This document shows positions 11,045-22,360 of a DNA stretch of 64,000 nt, piece by piece. The notes below the pieces were generated by a model, which was not told where the DNA came from, made no database searches, and was given only the letters and a program-made list of their open reading frames with translations. The position numbers and the translations under genes were made by a program. The stretch lies in assembly GCA_038087875.1 (NCBI GenBank), contig CM075990.1:2420001-2484000 (forward strand). The letters run 5' to 3'. Position 1 is the first letter of the stretch, and each line of letters starts with the position of its first letter. This DNA is from Malacoraja senta. Lineage: Eukaryota.

Positions 11045-12935
11045 GGGCCTGTCGGGGCTAGCCTGGGTTAAAGTATCGTTCACCTTCCATTGGTCCCTGT
11101 TGGTATAGGCTGGGCCACTGACGGTGTGGGCAGTCCCTCCTCAGGTGCCCTACCTGTTCACATCCCCAGCACGCCTTATCCATTACCTGTCTCCTTACTA
11201 GCCTTCCTCGACCACCTCCTTGAGATCCCTCCCTCCCTTGGGGACCCCAGTCCTGTCTTGGCTTATATCCAGATTTATTTCGTTCCTGATAGGGCATTTG
11301 AGGAAACGCTCCCCCAAAGACATTTATTATCAGCATGGGATTTTCCGGCCCCTGTCTGGCTCCGTCACAGGACTCACTGTATGTCGGTGCGTCACTTATT
11401 TCAGTCGTTCCAACCAGGTCTGTTGTTACTGACAACATAGTCTTTCCTTTTTCACGCTCTTTCTTTTCGAGCTCTTCAAGTTGCATTTGCATCACTTTCC
11501 TCTGCACCTCTTCCTGCTGATCTGCAAGTCTTTTTCTATCTCTGTGATATTTTTTGACCGCATGGACCAAATGATCCCTGAACTGGTGGTGGGATATAGA
11601 TGACAATCCCACCACCTCCTCCAGTCTGGACTTGAATTGAGGAGGCATGGCATCCACAACAGCGGTCCGGAACATAGTGTTCATTAACTGGTTGCCCTCT
11701 ATTTCTTGTTCAGTTTCGAGTCTCCACCTTTTCAGCTGGTTCTCCAGATAGGCTGCTGGATTCTCTGCCTCCCCCAGTGGATCTCCCCTCAATGCCTTGG
11801 GGTCCACCTTAAGAGGGTAACAGTGTCTGAGGGCCTTCCATACCCTCTGCCTGACTGGGTCAAAGGGTGTGCCATTGACCATTGCATTATTCACCACATT
11901 TTTTATACCAGCCTTCTCCAGGAGTTCTGTCAGTTTAGTGGTTCCTATCACTTTCACCAACAGTGCCTTCAAATCTCCCATAGCCAACAACCATCCCGCG
12001 TTCTCCTCCTCAAAGGTCCTAATCCATGTTCCAGCCCTTTTAGCCCTTCCAGGTCCTGGGTCCCCCAAGCGATATACTGTGTCTATACCGTTCTTTTTAA
12101 AAGCAATGGCATAATTTTATTCCTCTGTTCCTGTTCCGCTTCTTCTACCTGTATCCCATTCCAATCCTTCTTGGAGTGCCTTCTTTCTCATTCTAATCTC
12201 TATTTCTTGCTTCTCAGTTATTCTAGCCTTCCTTTGCAATTCCTTCACCTTTCTTTTAAAATCTTACGCTAAACCTCATCCCTTATTTCCCTTGCATCCC
12301 CCCTATCGCTTCCCGATTCTGTTTCCTCCTCACTGCCTTGCCCTTCTGTCAGTGACAACTTGTCCATCAGTTTCCAGTCCTGTCTATCACGCTCCTTGCT
12401 CCCCCCCCCCACCTTCTGCTGAATAGGATGCCTCAAAATCCCTCTTTTCTCAGGTCCTGCAGCCTCCTGACATCCACTTCTAATTCCCTTGTTTCCATCT
12501 CATCATCCCAACTTGCAACCTCTGATTCTATCTCAACTATTCCCTTTACCAAGGGACACTGCTTTGTACCATCCGGGCCTGGATAGGGAGGGGGATGCCC
12601 AGGATCTCTCAAGCTTGGATATAAGATCGACGTTTTCCTTGGAGTTCCTGGCTTTCATCCTGCATATCGGTTCTCTCACCCTCTTCCTTTGTCATATTTA
12701 CCACCTGATATTCTTTCCTCAACCTCTCTCCTTCTGTTCTAAACAACTTAAGTACGTCTAACTCCTTTTCTCCTTTTTTTCGCGTTTCCAACTTATCTTT
12801 GAACCTATAATTCTTAATTAACACTTCCATCCCGTCGCACATATTTATATCGAAAGTGCCTTCCTTGGGCCACTTCATCACAATTTCTCCGTTCTTTTTT
12901 CCCATTTCTCAGAGTGCTTTGTAATGTCCTCTTTT
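11045..12935 (-). pseudogene. gag: gag (MA, CA, NC with CCHC finger), frameshifted; its 3' end with the stop codon survives at ~9775-9807
   Basis: WPKEGTFD matrix motif (ORF 12609..12905); 336-aa CA/NC ORF with CWGCEQVGHLRRDC. Confidence 0.9.
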
Positions 12936-13262
12936 GATACAGAGAACTTTTTACTTAGTAGTTTCACTGCAGTTACCTTATTCATTGTATTATCTTGTTC
13001 GGTGCACTTTATCAATCAGTCCAATCGTAGTTCTTATTCTATTCCGTCCCGTTCCTGTAGTTACTATACTATCCTATACACTGTTTCTAAGAATTTTTAG
13101 CAGGGAACCAGATCAACCTACTACGAAGGACCTCAGTGTTCCTGGGAGCTTCTTCGGGGGGGATCAGTCTCAAAGGGTCTGACTAGTGCACATTTCTCTC
13201 CCCATCTGATCCCGGTGAACCTGCGGCCACTTACTCAGTCGTTGGTTGATGGTCCCAGCGAA

Positions 13263-13280
13263 ATCCCAGCTGGCTTGCCA
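13263..13280 (-). promoter_or_regulatory. Primer-binding site, tRNA-Arg(ACG)-like
   Basis: Minus strand TGGCAAGCCAGCTGGGAT versus the complement of the vertebrate tRNA-Arg(ACG) 3' end, TGGCGAGCCAGCCAGGAG (14/18). Lies 2 nt from an LTR-terminal CA. Confidence 0.7.
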
Positions 13281-13282
13281 TA

Positions 13283-14148
13283 TGATTATGTTTGCACCTT
13301 AAAAAACTGACAAAATACAATGAATTAAAGTAAACCATACAAGCTTTTACTTTTTACGTCAAACGGGAGTGGCCGGAGATGATACAGTCTGGAAGAATTC
13401 AGTGATACTTCTGGTTCCCCAAAATACCACTTTAATTAATAAAAATCCTGGGGTCTTTTATACAAAAATAGTCACATATGCAGAATATCAGGGGCATTAG
13501 GTAGTTTGTTTTTCTATGCCAACTCATGGCTATCCCATTGTCAGTTAGTTCCCCTTTCAGCCTCTCTTATCTGATTGACCTCTTTCAACCAGAAAGCTTG
13601 TCTGAAAAAGCCATAAAATCTGGTCGGGAGGCCCGTCAAAGCATCACGGTGCAGCCCTGTCGTTTTCATAGTTATTTTCCATATACAAAGGCGTCCCTTT
13701 GTAATTTCCAAACCTTCCCTTGACTGACAAGACCGTTCTGTTTACTAGAATCTTTGGTTCTGTGGGGACCAGTATAAAGAATTTGCAAGCTGCCTTGCAG
13801 GCAGTATTGTTAGCTAGGGCAATTCTCTGGGAGACTGCTTTGTCGGGCCATTCATATAGGCATTGCACTTAATTATGGCCAGGTGGAGTGGGAGGATTGA
13901 GGCTTGCAGTGTGGGTATCGTTGTCTTTAAGTTATGAAAGTCTTCTTGTTGAAATGAGAGAGTTAAGTTGAAAAGGATTAATCTGCTAGGAATGGGCGGG
14001 CATAATTCACAGTGGGATGGTCCAATTCCCTGTCAGTCAGGATCCTGGGCGCTGTGATTGGACATTGATCCAGATTGTGATTAGTCAGACTCTCTGTCAT
14101 TCAAAGTCTTGCCACTGATTGCTGGTGCAGAATTCCCAAATAATTAAT
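13283..14148 (-). repeat. ERV 5' LTR (right boundary approximate, overlapped by HER1)
   Basis: Ends in CA next to the PBS. Minus-strand TATAAAAG near 13455-13462 and AGTAAA poly(A)-signal variants near 13346-13357. Confidence 0.7.
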
Positions 14149-14149
14149 T

Positions 14150-14820
14150 TGCAAGTGGAATCGGTAGTAAGAAAGGCAAATACATTTATTTCGAGAGGAC
14201 TAGAAAACAAAAAACAGGGATGTAATGCTGAGACTTTGTAAGGTGCTGATCAGACTGCGTTTGGAGTATTGTGAGCAGTTTTGGGCCCCATATCTGAGGA
14301 AGGATGTGCAGGCTCTGGGAAGGATCCAGAGGAGGTTTATGAGAATGATCCCAGGAATGAGTAGGTTAACAAATGATGAGCCTTTGACGGCACTGGGCCT
14401 GAACTCGCTGGAGTTTAGAAGGATGAGGGGAAGACCTATTTGAAACTTACCGAATAGTGAAATGCCTGGATAGAGTGGATGTGGAGAGGATGTTTCCACT
14501 AGTGGGGGAGTCTAAGACCAGAGGTCATAACCTCACAAATCAAGGAGGAACCTTTAGAAAGATGAGGAGGAATTTATTTCGTCAGTGGGTGGTGAATCTG
14601 TGGAACACATTGCCACAGAAGGCTGTGGAGGCCATCAATGAATATTTTTAAGGCGGAGATTGACAGATTTTTGATTAGTGCGGGTGTCAGATGTTATGGG
14701 GAGAAGGCAGAAGAATGGGGTTGAGAAGGAAAGATAGATCAGTCATGATTGAATGGCGGAGTAGACTTTTTGGGCCGAATAATCTAGTTCTGCATCCTAT
14801 CCTTTATGAGCTTATGAGAG
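14150..14820 (+). mobile_element. HER1-like CR1 LINE 3' fragment
   Basis: LEYCEQFWAPYLRKD and KTRGH motifs; 3'UTR. Confidence 0.88.
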
Positions 14821-16315
14821 CAGGCAGGCTAGTGATATAGATACAGAGAAACAGCGTGGAAACAGGCCTTTCGGCCCGCGCTGCCCAACGTTCACCCCGT
14901 ACACTAGCACTATCCTACACGCTAGCGACAATTTATAATTTTTTTAACTCAAAGCCAATTAATGTACAAACCTGCACGTCTTTGGAGTGCGGGGGGGGAC
15001 CGGGGCACCTGGAGAAAACCCACGCAGTCACAGTGAGAACTTGCAAACCCCATACAGACAGCACTCGAGGTCAGGATCGAACCTGGGCCTCCAGCTTCTT
15101 GTGTCTATCTTTGGTTTAAACCAGCATCTGCAGTTCCTTCCCACCTAAACTCTTAGATCCCTCTGCTCTACAACACTCCCCAGGGCCCTGCCGTACACTC
15201 TGAAGGTCCTGCCCTGCTTTGACTTCCTAAAATGCAACACCTCACACTTCTCCGTCGTGGTCTGGTTTGGCTCAGCCACCAAGCATGACATCCGGAGGCT
15301 GCAGCGAATCGTCCGATCAGCTGAGATGGTTAATGGCTGCAACCTTCTCCCCCATTGACGAACTGCACACTGCAAGAGCCAGGAAGTGAGCGGGTAAGAT
15401 CATCTCTGACCCCTCTCACCTTGGCCACAAACCTTTTGAATCACTTCTCTCTGGAAGGCGACTCCGGACTGTCAAATCCGCCACAGCCAGACATAAAAAC
15501 AGCTTTTTTCCACGAGCAGTCGCTCTACTGAACAACCAAAAGTCTGTAGCCTCCTTTTGCTCTGGTATTTGATTTCATTCACATGTTTAAACTATAATGT
15601 TTTATTCTTAATGTGTAATGTTTTATGTCATTCTTAACTCACTCTATGTCGTGTTGTTACTTGCGAGCGGAGCACCAAGGCAAATTCCTTGTATGTGTAC
15701 ATACTTGGCCAATAAACGTATTCATTCATTCATTCATTCATCTGCATTAAACTCCATTCACCATTCCTCAGCCCACCAGCCCGACTGATCAAGATCCGGC
15801 TGTAATTTTTGATAACCATCTTTGCCATCTACAACACCACCAACTTCAGTGGCGTCTACAAGTTTATAACATGCCATCTGCATTCTCATCCAAGCCATTG
15901 ACGCCAACCACAACCGGCAATGGATTCAGCATCGATCCCTGAGGCACCCGACTCGTCACACATTTTCAGTGTCCTATAAATAAGTCCCGCGCCACGGAGA
16001 GTGAGGAGGGCTGTCGAGAGGTGGAGGGGGCGCTGAGAACATAGGGATGGGGCGAGTGCGATGGTGGGGGCCTGGCAGGGGGCCGCGTGTTGCCATGTGT
16101 AGCGGTATACCTGGTTCGCCGCTGCGAGATGAAATGAAGATTGTTCGATTAACTTTTTGTAACTTTATCGGCACCAGAAACTTGGCAACTCTTTATCTTC
16201 TGCCTGAGTGAGGTCTGCTTAATTTAGTTTTGTTTAGTTTAATTTAGCGAAACAACGCGGAAACAGGCCCTTCAGCCCACCGAGCCCGCACCGACCAGCG
16301 ATCCCTGCACATTAA

Positions 16316-17758
16316 GAGCCATGGAGAGGATCATCAAGGAGCACATCACCAAGGCAACTGGCTCGATGATGGATCCATTGCAGTTTGCTTACCAGGCTGG
16401 CAGGGGTGTCGATGACGCAAAAATATTCATCTTAAACACCATTCATAAGCATCTGGAAATTCCCAAGACCACAGCCAGACTTCTGTTTGCAGACTTCTCA
16501 TCAGCATTCAACACCATGCAGCCACATATTTTGGCTGAGAAGCTCATCACCCGCTTCCACCTCAACCACCAACTTATTCTGTGGATTATAGACTTCCTCA
16601 CCAACAGATCACAGAGGGTGTTGGTGAACCATATCTTGTCCGACACCCTCTTCACCTTCACTGGCTCTCCACAAGGCTGTGTCCTCTCCCCACTTCTCTT
16701 CATTCTCTACACTGATGACTGCAGATCCACCCAGCCAAACTGCCACTTTGTAAAATTTGCTGATGACACAGTCCTCCTGTCTCTGCTTCCCAGCCATACA
16801 CAACATCACAGCTCAGCCCTGCAGGACTTTATAGTATGGTGTGAAAAGTCTTGTCTTGAGCTAAATATAAGCAAAACCAAGGACATGATTGTGACCTTTT
16901 CCCCCCAACAGAGACAGATGGCTGAGGCAGCCACCACTATCATCCAGCAGGAGCCAGTGGAGATAGTGGAGGTATACAAATACCTGGGAACAGCCTTCGA
17001 CAACCTGCTAAGGTTTTCCTCTAACACAGAGGAAATCCTTAAAAAGTGCCATCAGAGACAGTACCTACTCAGGAAGCTGAAGTCATTTGGGATTAACAAA
17101 GACATTCTCACCACATTCTACTACGCATTCATTGAAAATGTAATAACTTTCTCTTTCACTAGCTGGTTCCACTCCATCACCCTGCAAAACAGAAACCGCC
17201 TGTTGAATGTGGTCAAGGTCTGCTCAAAAATCATTGAGCAGCCCGTCCGAACTCTCGCTGCTCTATGCGACCAACAGTCTGGGAGGTTGACACGCAGGAT
17301 TCTTCAGGACCCCTCTCACATCCTGTTTCCTGAGTTTGAGTGGCTCCCCTCAGGACGCAGACTTCGCTGTCCGGGTTGCCGGACACAGAGGAGGAAGGCA
17401 ACCTTCATCCCCAGGGCTGTCCTGCTTTTTAATGCTGATCACTGACTCGAACATGTGAAGTGAAATGGCCTTCTATATGCACTTTCTGGTTGAAGCAGTA
17501 AGGAAGCACCTTAGAGGATGTTACTATGTGTTGAAGATTATTACTATGTGTTGAATGTAGATGTGCTGTGTGTGTTGTGTGATTGTGCAGTGTGTCTGTG
17601 AGATGCGTGTGTTGGTTGATTGTGCAGTATGCGTGCTGCTTATGTTTGTTGATTGTGTCTCTTTTTTTTAGAAGCTACTGTAATGCGCCCTTTTAAATTG
17701 CCCCTCGGGGACGAATAAAGTGCTTTGACTTGACTTGACTTGACTTGACTTGACTTAA
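16316..17758 (+). mobile_element. Rex1/Babar-type LINE, 5'-truncated, 374-aa uninterrupted RT ORF (16321-17445), inserted in a SINE
   Basis: [41 protein letters not shown] plus (TGACT)n tail; TTAA on both flanks within the split SINE. Confidence 0.9.
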
Positions 17759-18978
17759 CACTATCCTACACACACTAGGGACAATTTACATTTGTACCAA
17801 GCCAATTAGCCTACAAACCTGCATGTTTTTGGCGTGTGGGAGGAAACCGAAGATCTTGGAGAAAACCCTTGCAGGTCACGGGGAGAACGTACAAACTCCG
17901 TACAGACATCGGCCGCAGTTACGTTCGAACCCGGGTCTCTGGCACTGTAGGGCAGCAACTCTACCGCTGCGCCACCGTGCCGTGTGATTTTACTGGATTG
18001 GATGCAAAAACAAAGAATTTCACAGTGCCTTATGCTGACACACTGGTGTGGTGGCTGCTGGCATCACCGATCCACCTACCATGCCACACTTAGATAGGTT
18101 TCTAATGTCACTCCTGCTGTCTCAACATGTTCAACCTAAACCTTGACCACAGCTGACATTGTGATGCCTTCCCCTTAATATTTATGAGTTTGCGGTAGCT
18201 GACCACACAACTATGAAATATTTAGTCATGTCAGGCCGATCCTACTGTTCCCACAATTGACCCTCAATAAACTGATAACTATCTCGCTATTCTTTAATAA
18301 GTCATAGAGTGATACAGTGTGGAAACAGGCCCTTCGGCCCAACTTGCCCACACCGGCCAACATGTCCCAGCTACACTAGTCCCACCTGCCTGTGTTTGGT
18401 CCATACCCCTCCAAACCTGTCCTATCCATGTACCTGTCTAACTGTTTCTTAAACATTGGGATAGTCCCTGCCTCAACTACCTCTTCTGGCAGCTTGTTCC
18501 ATACACCAGCCGTTCTTTGTGTGGAAAAGTTACCCCTCAGATTCCTATTCAATCTTTTCCCCTTCACCTTAAACCTATGTCCTCTGAGAATGTAGGTTCC
18601 AGACCTGCTTGTTCAACTCTTTACTTACTATTACCTCTTCTGATGGAAGAGCACCTTTTCAAAAGTTAAGAGTGTTTTATTGTCATATGTCCCAAACAGA
18701 ACAATGAAATTCTTACTTGCAGCAGCACGACAGAATATGTGAACATAGTACACTGTGAATAATATAATAAACAAAATGAAATTCAGTATAGACACTAAAA
18801 GCTGGAGTAACTCAGCGGGACAAGCAGCATCTTTGGAGAGAAGGAATGGGCGACGTTTCGAGTTGAGACCCTTCTTCAGACTCGACCCGAAACATCACCA
18901 ATCCTTCTCTCCAGAGATGGTGCCTGTCCCGCTGAGTTACTCCAGCTTTTTGAGTCTACCTTCGGTTTAGATACATAG

Positions 18979-19182
18979 TGTAAAGAAGTGTTATCGACAT
19001 GTCGTAACTTTACATCTTTCATTCATACTGCAGCATTACATAGAGCACTAACTGTACGTGGTCTGTCACGGGAACTAGAGAGTGACATATGGGAGGGGAG
19101 GTTGTAATTATACTTGTGATATGGGGAGTGGTTAGTAGTGATGAGGTAACTATATTAAAGGCACATGCATACCTCATCTACA
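18979..19182. mobile_element. Probable solo LTR (204 bp)
   Basis: TGTA...TACA termini and a perfect 5-bp CATAG direct repeat on both sides. Confidence 0.6.
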
Positions 19183-19610
19183 CATAGATACATAGACAAT
19201 AGGTGCAGGAGTAGGCCATTTGGCTCTTCAAGCCAGCACCGCCATTCAATGTGATCATGGCTGATCATCCGCAATCAGTACCCCGTTCCTGCCTTCTCCC
19301 CATATCCCCTGACTCCACTAACCCTAAGAGCTCTATCTAACTCTCTTTTGAATGCAGCCAGTGAATCAGCCTCCACTGCATTCTGAGGCAGAGAATTCCA
19401 CAAATTCACAACTCTCTGGGTGAAAAAGTTTATCCTCCTCTCAGTTTTAAAAGGCCTACCCCTTATTCTTAAACTGCAGCCCCTGGTTCTGGACTCCCCC
19501 AGCATCGGGAACATGTTTCCTGCATCTAGCGTGTCCAATCCCTTAATAATTGTATGTTTCTATAAGATCCGCTCTCCTCCTTCTAAATTCCAGAGTATAC
19601 AAGCCCAGTG
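19183..19610 (-). mobile_element. HER1-like CR1 LINE 3' end
   Basis: ORF 19275..19538 is the CR1 ORF2 C-terminus. Confidence 0.88.
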
Positions 19611-20126
19611 AATCTCTCACCCTACCTCAAAACCTTTTTTAAATGAAAACTGTTCAATAGTACAGTGGTTTAATGTAGCTTTATTTTTTACATGTACCGA
19701 GGTAGAGTGAAAATTCATATTATATACAGATTATTTACAGATCAGTTCCTACCTCTGCCCAGAACAGAAAGAGTCTGAAGGGTCCAGACCTTAAAGGTCA
19801 CCTATCCAGAGATGCTGCCTGACCCGCTGAGTTAAACCGGCACTTTGTATCATATATACAACAGGTAATGGAAAGAGAAAAACACCAGGGGTGTGAATAT
19901 GGAGTTACAGTGCATAACATTACAATTGGAGCGACACGGTGGCACATCCATAGAGTTGCTACCTTACAACGCTTACAGCGCCAGAGATGCGTGTTTAATC
20001 CTGACGACAGGTGCAGTCTGTACGGAGTTTGTACGTTCTCCCCGTGACCATATGGGTTTTCTCCGAGATCTTCGGTTTCCTCCCACACTCCAAAGGTTAA
20101 TTGGCATGGTATACATGTAAAACTGT

Positions 20127-20326
20127 NNNNNNNNNNNNNNNNNNNNNNNNNNNNNNNNNNNNNNNNNNNNNNNNNNNNNNNNNNNNNNNNNNNNNNNNNN
20201 NNNNNNNNNNNNNNNNNNNNNNNNNNNNNNNNNNNNNNNNNNNNNNNNNNNNNNNNNNNNNNNNNNNNNNNNNNNNNNNNNNNNNNNNNNNNNNNNNNNN
20301 NNNNNNNNNNNNNNNNNNNNNNNNNN
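20127..20326. other. Assembly gap (200 N)
   Basis: Run of N. Confidence 1.
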
Positions 20327-20470
20327 CGTCTCCTCAGTCGCCCAAAGAGTCGTAGCGTCTTTCTGGTCGCCGCTGGATTTTCAACATGTTGAAAATGTTC
20401 GGCAACCTGCAACGACCGATGATGGGTGATGGCAGTCGCTGAAAAAGTCACGTAAGTGGGACAGGCCCAT
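20327..20470. mobile_element. Harbinger-type MITE right half (same family as 57179-57521), cut by the gap
   Basis: Ends in GTAAGTGGGACAGGCCCA; internal sequence matches the 57.2-kb copy. Confidence 0.75.
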
Positions 20471-22039
20471 AAGCTAAACTATCTTAGGAACAGCATCTCA
20501 TATTTCGCTTGGGCAGCTTACAACCCAGCGGTGTTTTGAAGAAGGGTCTCAACCCGAAACGTCACCCATTCCTTCTCTCCAGAGGTGCTGCCAGTCTCGC
20601 TGTTACTCCAGCTTTTTATGTCTGTCAGCAGTATTAATATTGATTTCTCTAACTTCAAGTAACACTTGCAGTTCCTCCCTCTCCGTCCCTCCCCCACCTT
20701 AGTCGCCGTGCAACTTTCACTGTCACCCTGTTGAGTTTCACTGTCTGTATAACTCATTTCACCTAGCCCACAGCCAACAATGAACCATTGTGAGCCCCAC
20801 CTTTCATTGATTATCGTGACTTTTTTGCATATCTTTCATTCATTTGTTCTATATCACTTTATATTGCCGTCTATATCGCTCATTTCCCTTTCCCCTGAAT
20901 CTCACATGGAAGAAGGGTCTCGACCCAAAACATCACCTCTTCTTTTTCTCCAGAGGTGCTGCCTGACCCGCTGAGTTACTCCAGCACTTTGTGTCTATCT
21001 TCAGTGAAACAAGTAGCTTTTCAGTTCAGCTGTTCATAAGCTTTTTGTGTCTACCTTCAGTTACTGCCTGGGATATCTACTTATTTTTTCTTTGGTTTTT
21101 AAATTGAATTCAACTTCTTAACTTCCTCAGTGGGGATGTGCACTCCCATTTTGTGATTTACTAACTAGGTCCAGTAACAAAGCTAACATACTTGAAAAAA
21201 CAGGGAACTGCAGATGCTGGAATCATGAGCGAAACACAAAGAGACTGGAGTAACTCAGTGGGTCAGCTAGCATCTCTGGGGTGACTAGCTTTAATATGTA
21301 TGGAGCAAGTTTTTCACTGAGAAGGTAGTGGTTGTCTGAAACGCCTTGTCATGGTGGTGGTGGTGGTGGTGAAAGCTGATATGATAGTGGCATTTAAGCT
21401 TTTAGATAGGCACATGGATATGTAGGGAAAACATAGAAAATAGGTGTAGGCCATTCGGCCTTTCGAGTCAGCACCGCCATTCAATATGATCATGGCTAAT
21501 CATCTAAAAACAGTACCCCATTCCAGCTTTTTCCCCATATCCCTTGATTCCTTTGGCCCCAAGAGCTAAATCTAACTCTCTCTTGAAAGCATCCAGTGAA
21601 TTGGCCTCCACTGCCTTCTGTGGCAGAGAATTCCACAGATTCACAACTCTCTGGGTGAAAAAGTTGTTCCTCATCTCAGTCCTAAATGGCCTACCCCTTA
21701 TTCTTAAACTGTGACCCCCTGGTTCTGGACTCCCCCCAACATCGGGCACATAGAATTTGTGTATCGGTGATCATGGTCGACCAGGACTCGGTGGGCCAAA
21801 GGGCCTGTTTCCATGCTATATCTCTAAACTAAGCTAAACTATAAGGGCTGTTGTTCAGGCTGGAGGCCTGTAACACGTGAGGTGTCACAGGGATTGGTGC
21901 TGGATACACTCTTGTTCCTTATTGACATTCATGACTTGGATGTGAATGGAGGTGGCGTGGTTAGTAAGTTCACTAACATTAGTAGTATAGAAGTGGAGAT
22001 TGAAGAAGATTATCGAAGATTATCAAAGATTACAACAGG

Positions 22040-22360
22040 CAGTCACAGTGGCGCAGCGGTAGAGTTGCTGCCTCACAGCGAATGCAGCGCCAGGGAACCG
22101 GCTTCAATCCCGATTACGGGTGCTGTCTGTACGGAGTATCTACCTTCTCCCCGTGACCTGCATGGGTTTTCTCCGAGATCTTCGGTTTCCTCCCACATTC
22201 CAAAGACGTACAGGTTTGTAGGTTAATTGGCTCGGTAAATGTAAAAATTGTCCCTAGTGGGTGTAGGATAGTGTTAATGTGCGGGGATCGCTGGTCGGCG
22301 CGGACCTGGTGGGCCGAAGGGCCTGTTTCCGTGCTGTATCTCTAAACTAAACTAAACTAA
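22040..22360 (+). mobile_element. Full-length HE1-like V-SINE inserted in a CR1 fragment
   Basis: tRNA head, V-domain and (CTAAA)n tail; ACAGG direct repeats; the empty site is visible in the paralogue near 45236. Confidence 0.88.

Larger units (their letters stand above)
2046..14148 (-). mobile_element. Endogenous retrovirus (class I, gamma/epsilon-like), decayed provirus with nested insertions
   Basis: Minus-strand order LTR-PBS-gag-TAG-pro-RT-IN-env(TM)-PPT-LTR. Motifs: CCHC, DTGA, YVDD, SDNGS, CX6CC. Outer ends are approximate. Confidence 0.92.

Noticed and set aside
19798..20451. 217-aa ORF
   Set aside because: Artefact of reading through the N gap.
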